From NCBI GenBank assembly GCA_018062815.1, contig JAGORM010000001.1, forward strand, positions 16,301-80,300: DNA of 64,000 nt, read 5' to 3'. Position numbers and translations under genes: made by a program. The notes under the pieces are model-generated. The model was not told the origin of the DNA and ran no database searches. It was given only the letters and a program-made list of their open reading frames with translations. Shown piece after piece: positions 16,590 through 24,109 of the stretch. The stretch's first letter is position 1, and each line of letters begins with the position of its first letter. Source of the stretch: Candidatus Levyibacteriota bacterium (GTDB lineage Bacteria > Patescibacteriota > Microgenomatia > Levybacterales > GWA1-39-11).

Positions 16590-19033
16590 CACAACTTACA
16601 GGACTTTCACAAAAAGTATTCATGGATCGGTATTCCTTAAAAGATAAGGAAGGTAATCCGGTTGAGAAAACCCCAGAAGAAATGTGGAGACGAGTTGCCC
16701 GTGGGATCGCGGAAGTAGAGCCTCAGGATAAAAGAGCCGAATGGAGAAAGAAATTCTATAATGTAATGAAAGACTTTAAGTTTCTGCCAGGAGGTCGTAT
16801 TTTTGCGGGGGCAGGAACCGGGTATGACGTTACTTATTATAATTGTTTTGTTATCCCAAGTCCTAAAGATTCAAGAGACGGAATATTAGATAATCTTAAG
16901 TCTATGATAGAGATTATGGCGCGTGGCGGAGGCGTAGGTCTTAATCTTTCATCTTTACGCCCTCGTGGGGCACGAGTTAAAAAGGTAAACGGTTTTTCAT
17001 CAGGCCCTATCAACTGGGCAGAACTATATTCCCTTGCAACAAAAGACATAGTCCAACAGGGTGGTTCCAGGCGCGGTGCTCTTATGCTCATGCTTCATGA
17101 TTGGCACCCTGACATAGAAGAATTTATTACTGTAAAACAGGATTTAACTCGTATAAATGGGGCAAATCTTTCCGTTTGTGTTTCTGATGCGTTTATGGAG
17201 GCAGTCAAAAAAGATGCAGACTGGGATTTGTTATACCCAGATCTAGATGATCCTCTCTATGATTCTCATTGGGATGGGAACCTGGATGAATGGAAGAAGC
17301 TTGGAGGAAAGGTAAAAGTGCAGAAAACCATTAAGGCAGCAGAGCTATGGAACCTCATTTGTGAGGCGGCTTGGCGATCAGCAGAGCCAGGCCTCCACTT
17401 TTTAGAGAGATCCAATAAAAGATCAAATACATACTATTTTGAGAAGCTTATCGCAACTAATCCTTGCGGAGAGCAGCCGTTATCTGCATGGGCGGTCTGT
17501 AATTTAGGCGCTATGAATCTGGTGGCTTATGTAAAAAATGAGAAATTTGATTATGAAACTTTCGGTGAAGATGTAAAGGTTGCAATGCGATTTCTGGATG
17601 ATGTTATTGATTCAACGTATTACTTCCTCCCTGAAAATGAAAAATGCGCAAAAGATATACGTAGAACTGGTCTTGGGATAATGGGATTAGGAGATGCATT
17701 AATCATGATGAAGTTAAGATACGGCGCAGAAGAATCTCTTCCGGTAATTGAAAAAATCTTTAAAACTCTTCGGGATAACGCATATGTTGCTTCATCGGAC
17801 ATAGCAAAAGAAAAAGGATCATTCCCTATGTTTAACCGTGAAAAATACCTAGAAGGTTATCACATTAAAGCACTTCCAAAACAAATCCGTGATAGAATTT
17901 CCAAAAATGGAATTAGAAATGCTGTGCTATTAACAATTGCTCCAACGGGTACAACAAGTCTTTTAGCGGGAACTACATCAGGGATAGAACCGGTGTATGA
18001 ATTTGAATTTGTTAGACGCTCTAAATTGGGAATAGATAGGTTGTATCATCCGCTCTATGACCAGTGGAGAAAAGATCATCCGGAAGAAAAGCGTCCATCA
18101 TACTTTGTATCCGCAAATGATCTTGCCCCTATGGATCATGCAAAGGTTCAGGCGATTGCACAGCAATACATAGACTCTTCAATCTCAAAGACCGTAAATG
18201 CTCCCAACGCTCATACTATTGATGATGTAAAAACGCTTTATATGGCAGCATATGATTTGGGTATGAAGGGAATTACCTATATGAGAGATGGATCACGTCA
18301 GGGAGTTTTATCCCGGGAAGAAAAGAAAGAGGAGCTGCCTGCAGGTGAGGCAGGGAAAAAGGAGGACTCAGTAGTTGTTCCTCCTGCAAAGTCTCCTATT
18401 CTCCGCCGCCCTATGGTAATGCGCGGGTTAACTTATAAAACACAAACCCCATTGGGAGATGCATTTGTAACCATAAACAGCGATGACAATAATAATCCAT
18501 TTGAGATGTTTGTAACTATTGGGAAATCTGGATCGGATGTAGCTGCTATGGCTGATGCGTTAGGAAGAATTATTTCATTAGTATTACGTCTTCAAAGCCC
18601 AGTTGATTCCCGTGAGCGTGTCAGGCAGATTATTGCGCAGCTTTCAGGGATTGGCGGAGTGCGTTCTGTTGGGTTTGGTCCTAATAGGGTTAGGTCAGTT
18701 CCAGATGCTATGGCAAAAGTGCTTGCTGAAGAGTTTGAATTTAAGGTGAATGGAAGAGTGGTAGATTCACCTAAAACCGCGACCCCTGCTGATGCAGCGC
18801 CAACTACAGCTAATGGTGGAGCAAGCTTGAGCGCTACTGGAACACCAGTCATTAATGCTGATGCAGTAAGTAAACCGTCACAAGAGGCAAAAATTGCAAC
18901 AGTTGAGCAGTTGCCTTTGGAGGCAGCAGAAACGCATTCTCATGCAGACGTATGTCCGCAATGTGGGGTAGCTTCATTTGTTCATGAAGAAGGATGTTCC
19001 AAATGCTACTCTTGTGGTCATGCCGAATGTTAA
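16586..19033 (+). CDS. nrdJ: Class II (adenosylcobalamin-dependent) ribonucleotide reductase
   Basis: ATNPCGEQPLSAWAVCNLGAMNL active-site region and a C-terminal Cys-rich tail (CPQCG...CSKCYSCGH), typical of NrdJ. Confidence 0.85.
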   Translation: MTQLTGLSQKVFMDRYSLKDKEGNPVEKTPEEMWRRVARGIAEVEPQDKRAEWRKKFYNVMKDFKFLPGGRIFAGAGTGYDVTYYNCFVIPSPKDSRDGILDNLKSMIEIMARGGGVGLNLSSLRPRGARVKKVNGFSSGPINWAELYSLATKDIVQQGGSRRGALMLMLHDWHPDIEEFITVKQDLTRINGANLSVCVSDAFMEAVKKDADWDLLYPDLDDPLYDSHWDGNLDEWKKLGGKVKVQKTIKAAELWNLICEAAWRSAEPGLHFLERSNKRSNTYYFEKLIATNPCGEQPLSAWAVCNLGAMNLVAYVKNEKFDYETFGEDVKVAMRFLDDVIDSTYYFLPENEKCAKDIRRTGLGIMGLGDALIMMKLRYGAEESLPVIEKIFKTLRDNAYVASSDIAKEKGSFPMFNREKYLEGYHIKALPKQIRDRISKNGIRNAVLLTIAPTGTTSLLAGTTSGIEPVYEFEFVRRSKLGIDRLYHPLYDQWRKDHPEEKRPSYFVSANDLAPMDHAKVQAIAQQYIDSSISKTVNAPNAHTIDDVKTLYMAAYDLGMKGITYMRDGSRQGVLSREEKKEELPAGEAGKKEDSVVVPPAKSPILRRPMVMRGLTYKTQTPLGDAFVTINSDDNNNPFEMFVTIGKSGSDVAAMADALGRIISLVLRLQSPVDSRERVRQIIAQLSGIGGVRSVGFGPNRVRSVPDAMAKVLAEEFEFKVNGRVVDSPKTATPADAAPTTANGGASLSATGTPVINADAVSKPSQEAKIATVEQLPLEAAETHSHADVCPQCGVASFVHEEGCSKCYSCGHAEC

Positions 19034-19255
19034 TGAGGCAGATCAATGAGCTTAGCACAATAAGGTTAAAACAATATATATAGGTAATCCAAGTGAGATT
19101 CTTGGGGTGTGCCGCAACTGTCAATCCCGATTAAATCGGGATAAACCCAGAAAACTATATATTTTGCCCTTCCCGAGCAGGAAATTTTTTTTGGCAAAAT
19201 AGACTTCTTACAACCTCGGGATAAAATTTTGTTTTAAATTGTAGTATTTATTACC

Positions 19256-19804
19256 ATGCCAATATATACAAAAACCGGAGATCGCGGTAAAACGTCACTC
19301 TTTTCAGGAAAGAGAGTTTATAAAGATGACCTTAGAGTAGAGACATATGGGACACTAGATGAACTAAATTCTGCTATTGGACTTAGCATTTCTTATATAT
19401 CTAATACAAATAAAAAGAGTAAATATATAGCTCACATACTTACAAGCGTGCAAACAACCCTTTTTTACATTGGGTCCTACTTTGCTGACCTTTCAGATAT
19501 AGTAAATGACATTGATTTTGAGAAAGAACTTAAAACCTTTGAGGATTCGATAGATCACATGATTTCTGAAATGCCTGCTTTTAATAACTTTGTGTTGCCT
19601 GGTGGGGGACAGGCAGGGGCCAGTTTGCATGTAGCAAGAACCGTTGCAAGACGCCTAGAGCGCCTTACGGTACGACTTAATAAACGCGATAAAGTTGATC
19701 CGCAGGTTATTAAGTATATAAACAGACTCTCAGATCTTTTGTTTGCTATGGCCCGTTATGCAAACTTTATAGAACGCAAAAAAGAAACAATTTGGGAGAG
19801 ATAA
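19256..19804 (+). CDS. pduO: PduO-type ATP:cob(I)alamin adenosyltransferase
   Basis: MPIYTKTGDRGKTSLFSGKRVYKDD...ETYGTLDELNS is the PduO/MMAB family N-terminal signature. Confidence 0.8.
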   Translation: MPIYTKTGDRGKTSLFSGKRVYKDDLRVETYGTLDELNSAIGLSISYISNTNKKSKYIAHILTSVQTTLFYIGSYFADLSDIVNDIDFEKELKTFEDSIDHMISEMPAFNNFVLPGGGQAGASLHVARTVARRLERLTVRLNKRDKVDPQVIKYINRLSDLLFAMARYANFIERKKETIWER

Positions 19805-19822
19805 AAATAATAATCAAAAATT

Positions 19823-21199
19823 ATGAACTATGAATTGGGAAAAACTATTGAACCTTATGCGCAATACAGGCAAAGGTATAACGTTGCGTCTCCTGTTAGG
19901 TTTCAGGAAAAAGAACTAAAAAGACAAGGAAATTTAACTAAAAGCGAAGCTGAACCTCAAATTCCGTTTCTTGCGCATGCTATTGATGAAATAAAAAATC
20001 AGGGTACGAAAGCGTTTTATATGCTCCCAGATACAGGCTTTCAGGTTCAAACTCAGGTGGATCTATTAATAGAAAACTATAAATCAGGAGTGCCTCTTTC
20101 CGAGTCACTAGCTCAAGTTCATCAAGATATTCATCATTTTAAAATAGAGTATTTGGTTGAACAGCCTGTCTTTGCTATTCCGCTAGAATTCGCAGAGTAT
20201 GAGGGGGAAAAGAGGTTGGTGGGCAATTTCTATAACGGCAAGCCATTAGTGGACGCGACCAGTAAAGAAGAGAGGCATGGTGTGGTAAAGGAAATGGTAA
20301 AGAAAGTAGAAGACCATTTGAAAGATGCTAAGCCGGGAGCGGGAGCAATGTTTATAAGCGGAAACGGGTGGAGTGGGTACGAGGGTATTGAGTATCCCGA
20401 TGCGCAGACATACTGCTATCAAGTACAGAAAGACGGAAGTATCAGAAGCTTTACCTTAAAGACAGATCTTAATATCTCTCAAAACGAAGAAGTTATGCGG
20501 CGGTTAGGGGTTTCTTCAGACGCTTTTTCTGCTGAAGTAGACGATAAAAATAGAGTTAAGCGGCTTTTAAGAAATGGACTATTTTTTGATTCAAAAGATG
20601 ATATAACCACTGAAAATATAGCTAAAACATTAATGCAAGTTAAAGGAATAAATGTGGCCTATAAAGATTCTATGGGGAAAGCACGGACTTTTACAGAGAT
20701 GTTTGATCTTTTGAAAAACCCAGACCCATTATTAAGCATAGAGGATAAGCAAAAAAAATTAACTGATGTTTTAGATAACTATATAGAGCATAGGCTGGGT
20801 AATTTTGACACCCAAACAGAAGAAGATATAAAAATTGCATTGGGATATACAATTCTTTCTCTAATGCATGAGGTTCGACCTAGCCAAAAAGATAAAAAAA
20901 TGCATGAAGGCATAGGGTATAGTGCCTCAAGAAGTGCCCTTGTCTCTTTGTCACCGCAGAATATGCTCTTTGAACTTCAGCAAATTGGTGGGTGTGCGGG
21001 TGGCGGAAAGAAGAATAAGTCAATCGTTGACTCTTTAACGCCTAGAATAGGAAATAATATGCTCGATTTAAATCAGGAATGGTTTACTTGTCCTAAATGC
21101 TCATATAAAGCAGATGGTCCTATTGGTAATACTTGTCCTGGGTGTAATCTTACAAAAGAAGATTATGCCTCAGAGGAAGGAGTAATTGTTTGTGACTAA
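19823..21199 (+). CDS. Hypothetical protein with a C-terminal zinc ribbon (CPKCSYK...CPGCN)
   Basis: ORF track; no recognisable catalytic motif. Confidence 0.45.
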   Translation: MNYELGKTIEPYAQYRQRYNVASPVRFQEKELKRQGNLTKSEAEPQIPFLAHAIDEIKNQGTKAFYMLPDTGFQVQTQVDLLIENYKSGVPLSESLAQVHQDIHHFKIEYLVEQPVFAIPLEFAEYEGEKRLVGNFYNGKPLVDATSKEERHGVVKEMVKKVEDHLKDAKPGAGAMFISGNGWSGYEGIEYPDAQTYCYQVQKDGSIRSFTLKTDLNISQNEEVMRRLGVSSDAFSAEVDDKNRVKRLLRNGLFFDSKDDITTENIAKTLMQVKGINVAYKDSMGKARTFTEMFDLLKNPDPLLSIEDKQKKLTDVLDNYIEHRLGNFDTQTEEDIKIALGYTILSLMHEVRPSQKDKKMHEGIGYSASRSALVSLSPQNMLFELQQIGGCAGGGKKNKSIVDSLTPRIGNNMLDLNQEWFTCPKCSYKADGPIGNTCPGCNLTKEDYASEEGVIVCD

Positions 21200-21344
21200 T
21201 ACAGCAGATATAGTAAGTTGCAATGAGTGTTTTAAGATAAAATGCCGGGGATGTGGCTGGGAGCCGGATAGCTCCCAAGTTCTTCTTATCCAAAAAGAAA
21301 TTCTAACCGCGTGTCCTGATTGTGGTTGGAAACCGAAAGACTAA
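21192..21344 (+). CDS. Possible small zinc-ribbon protein (about 50 aa, GTG/TTG start) overlapping the end of the upstream gene
   Basis: Manual +1-frame translation: ...CNECFKIKCRGCGWEPDS...CPDCGWKPKD* with the internal repeat C-x-x-CGW-x-P. No in-frame ATG. Confidence 0.25.
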   Translation: MTNTADIVSCNECFKIKCRGCGWEPDSSQVLLIQKEILTACPDCGWKPKD

Positions 21345-21390
21345 GATATTAACTTTAAAAAAAGGTTATTTGACATGATACAATTCACTC

Positions 21391-21822
21391 ATGTCCCAGA
21401 AATTACCCCTTGATGAATTTCTTAAAACATTTGAGAAGGTACCCCGCGTTGCAATTAGTCTACTTATTATTGACCAAGACAGGAGAGTTCTTTTAACCAA
21501 GCGCTCAATTAATCCCGGGAAAAACACATGGCATCTTCCTGGAAGCTTTATATTAAAAGGGGAGAGGGTAAAGGATTGTATAGCGCGTATCTTAAAAGTT
21601 GAGCTTGGATTTGAGGGTAGTTTTAGATTTAGGGTAGAAAATGTATTTGAAGATTTAGAAAAAGATCCACGGGGGCACATAATAGATATGATTTATAGAG
21701 TAGAGGGGGATATAATTCCTCATGTCACAGATGAGACAGAGGAGGTAGTCTATTTTAGTATCATGCCGGACAACATAGGATTTAACCACAGAGAAGTTCT
21801 TCAGGTTTTAGGGTATAAATAA
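21391..21822 (+). CDS. NUDIX-family hydrolase (degenerate Nudix box)
   Basis: LPGSFILKGERVKDCIARILKVELGF aligns to the Nudix box GX5EX7REUXEEXGU with RE->RI and EE->VE substitutions. Confidence 0.55.
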   Translation: MSQKLPLDEFLKTFEKVPRVAISLLIIDQDRRVLLTKRSINPGKNTWHLPGSFILKGERVKDCIARILKVELGFEGSFRFRVENVFEDLEKDPRGHIIDMIYRVEGDIIPHVTDETEEVVYFSIMPDNIGFNHREVLQVLGYK

Positions 21823-21982
21823 GTATAGTTTAGCCTCAAAGTATGCACTACAGCCCGTAGTAAATGACACAAAATGTGGATAACAAGTTTATAAAATAAA
21901 AGAGTAGTCCTGTAGTATGAATAGTAAAAATATAAATATTTGTTGAGCGTCTTTATTTGCAAATAAACTATATACTATATAT

Positions 21983-22687
21983 ATGTTTAGCTTCGTTTTA
22001 GACTTTATATTTCCAAAGAAATGTGTAGGCTGTAAAAAGTATGGATCTTATTTGTGTGACGTATGCTTTTCTTATATAGAGATTTTTGAGCAATATGTTT
22101 GTCCTATGTGCCTAAAGTATTCTATTACCGGAGAAACGCATCCTGGTTGCATTACGCCTCTTTCTTTAGACGGGTTAATATGTGGGGTGGTATACAAAGG
22201 GGTTGTTAAAAAAATGATTTTCAGACTTAAATATAGTCCTTATGTTTTGGATATAGGTACTACTATGGGTAGAATTGCAGTTGATGCTGTAAGCCAAAAT
22301 GAGTTATTTCATAGGGTACTCTCCTCCCATCCTATAGTTGTAGAAGTTCCTCTCTCTGCTAACAAGTTAAAAAAAAGAGGTTATAATCAGGCAGAAATTT
22401 TAGGTCAATTTTTGGCAGATGAATTGGATATTTATTTTTTGAAAGAAATACTGGAAAGAATTAAACCAACAAATCCTCAATTTAAGTTGGATAAAAAAGA
22501 ACGACAAAGAAATGTATTGGGCGCATTTGAAGTAAATAAAAAACACAGGAATATGATAAAAAATAAAGACATACTATTAGTGGATGATGTTTCCACCTCC
22601 TGTGCCACTTTAAAAGAATGCGCAAAAATTCTCAAAAGAAACGGCGCGAAAAAGGTATATGGAGTAACCTTTGCCCGTGAGATTTAA
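21983..22687 (+). CDS. comFC: ComF/GntX-family protein (double zinc ribbon + phosphoribosyltransferase fold)
   Basis: N-terminus CVGCKKYGSYLCDVCFSY...CPMC and the PRTase motif ILLVDDVSTSCATL. Confidence 0.75.
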   Translation: MFSFVLDFIFPKKCVGCKKYGSYLCDVCFSYIEIFEQYVCPMCLKYSITGETHPGCITPLSLDGLICGVVYKGVVKKMIFRLKYSPYVLDIGTTMGRIAVDAVSQNELFHRVLSSHPIVVEVPLSANKLKKRGYNQAEILGQFLADELDIYFLKEILERIKPTNPQFKLDKKERQRNVLGAFEVNKKHRNMIKNKDILLVDDVSTSCATLKECAKILKRNGAKKVYGVTFAREI

Positions 22688-22919
22688 TCTGCATGTTGTT
22701 CTTCTTTATCGCTTGGAACTGATACCATGAATAAAAGCAAGTTGTCAGGGGGAGACCTCATCCAAACAACGATTTGCAGCTAGGCGGTAGCTCTGAATAC
22801 CCCTGACTAACGAGCGTATTCTGAAATGGATGAGGTTACAAGTGATAAGAGCTTTTGCTCCACTTTTTTCGGTAGAAAAGCGGGAATTAATCGAATTTTG
22901 AATACGGTATAATACATAT

Positions 22920-23366
22920 ATGAGAATATTTAACAAACAAGCGCCAGTACAATTTAGTATTGAGGAAAAATATGAGGCAGGGATTGTTCTTCAGGGACAA
23001 GAAGTAAAGGCTATAAAATTAGGGCATGCTGATCTTACCGGATCATATGTTAAGCTGTTAGGGTCTGAAGCATATCTTATAAATTCCCGTATATTCCCCT
23101 ATGAGTATGCACGTGCGCAAAACTATCAAGAAACAAGAACTAGAAAATTGTTACTTCATAGAAAAGAGTTATTAAAGCTAAAGAGTAAACTTGCAGAAGG
23201 CAAGTACACACTGATAGGAATTTCGCTTTATGATACTAAAACAGGACTTATAAAGATAGAAATTGGACTCGCACGGGGTAAAAAGAAGTATGGTAGGGAA
23301 AAAGAAGTACGTAGGCGTGAGTTGGATTTACAATCCGAACGCGAATTTAAAGAACAAAATTATTAA
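22920..23366 (+). CDS. smpB: SsrA-binding protein SmpB
   Basis: GIVLQGQEVKAIKLGHADLTGSYVK...LLLHRKELLKL is the conserved SmpB core. Confidence 0.9.
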   Translation: MRIFNKQAPVQFSIEEKYEAGIVLQGQEVKAIKLGHADLTGSYVKLLGSEAYLINSRIFPYEYARAQNYQETRTRKLLLHRKELLKLKSKLAEGKYTLIGISLYDTKTGLIKIEIGLARGKKKYGREKEVRRRELDLQSEREFKEQNY

Positions 23367-23467
23367 AATGACCTCAAAAATGCCAGTTTTGAGGCTGAGC
23401 CACATTTGACTTGAGAAAACGTGGTGCTGAGTATCCGAAGTAAAAACCTGGCGCTGATAAGGGTGAA

Positions 23468-23496
23468 GTAGACAAATAGCCTCAGGTTTGGTATAA
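23468..23496 (+). promoter_or_regulatory. Sigma70-type promoter for ssrA (TAGACA-17-TATAAT)
   Basis: -35 TAGACA at 23468-23473, 17-nt spacer, -10 TATAAT at 23491-23496, about 45 nt upstream of the tmRNA 5' end. Confidence 0.5.
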
Positions 23497-23539
23497 TACT
23501 CTTAATCTTTTCGAGGCCAGGAACGCTTCGAAAAGACTC

Positions 23540-23940
23540 TGGGGATGCAATGCATCGACAGAAATTGCTCTTTTACAACTGCAAGCCGGCGATGGTTCAC
23601 AGCCGTAAAATAGGACCAAAAATACACGGTAAGTTTAATCTTACCCAGGGTCTCAAACGCGTTTTCGCGGATAGAGACATGTTTAAAGTAGGGCAACCTG
23701 CTTTTAACTTCGCTTAATAGCGCCTTGCTTACGCCCTTTCTTTTCTTAACGGATAAGCGTAGGTAAAAACCTTGTTAAGATAGGGTTCAAGAGTTGATCG
23801 ACCTTGAATTAGAAAAATTAGATCTTGGAATTGTTTTCCCTGTTAATTGGGTCAGAACAAAACGACAATTTAAAGATTAACTACGCTTGTAGATGTTGTA
23901 ATAAGTCATTTTTGGACGGGAGATCAAACTCCCCATCTCC
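23540..23940 (+). ncRNA. ssrA: tmRNA (ssrA), about 400 nt, predicted tag peptide ADRDMFKVGQPAFNFA followed by a double stop
   Basis: 5' GGGGATGCAATGCATCGACAG compares with E. coli GGGGCUGAUUCUGGAUUCGACGG. The 3' end has a T-arm GGGAG-ATCAAA-CTCCC and an acceptor strand CATCTCC complementary to the 5' GGGGATG (with G-U pairs), then a discriminator A. A resume-like GCG codon at 23666 opens a frame GCG GAT AGA ... TTC GCT TAA TAG. Lies immediately downstream of smpB. Confidence 0.65.
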
Positions 23941-23989
23941 ACACCATTTAACTTAGTTGTTACATCTTTATAAATGTGACACGCTTTTA

Positions 23990-24013
23990 AGCCTCCTAAA
24001 TAGGAGGCCTTTT
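23990..24013 (+). terminator. Rho-independent terminator after ssrA
   Basis: GCCTCCT-AAAT-AGGAGGC hairpin followed by CTTTTT. Confidence 0.6.
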
Positions 24014-24109
24014 TGTATCTAGCACACTACTTTGTCACACTTAAATAGTTGAGGACCATTTTTTAGGGGGAATTACAGAAGTGTATCTATAAATTGTATT
24101 TGTTGCAGT

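Noticed and set aside
16586-19033. Intein in the ribonucleotide reductase
   Set aside because: The 815-aa length and continuous similarity are consistent with an intein-free monomeric class II RNR. No Hint/endonuclease block was seen.
19034-19255. Possible cobalamin riboswitch upstream of pduO / downstream of nrdJ
   Set aside because: It contains a hairpin (CCCGATT-AAAT-CGGGAT), but I could not find a B12-box-like element. It is probably a terminator or spacer only.
22745-22936. 63-aa minus-strand ORF between comFC and smpB
   Set aside because: It has no RBS or coding character and the region is better explained as a structured intergenic RNA/promoter region (see finding); it is not annotated as a CDS.
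23374-23396. Stem-loop CCTCAAAA-ATGCCAG-TTTTGAGG right after smpB as an intrinsic terminator
   Set aside because: The hairpin is real but is not followed by a T-run. It may pause or terminate weakly, and read-through into the ssrA promoter region cannot be excluded, so it is not called as a terminator.
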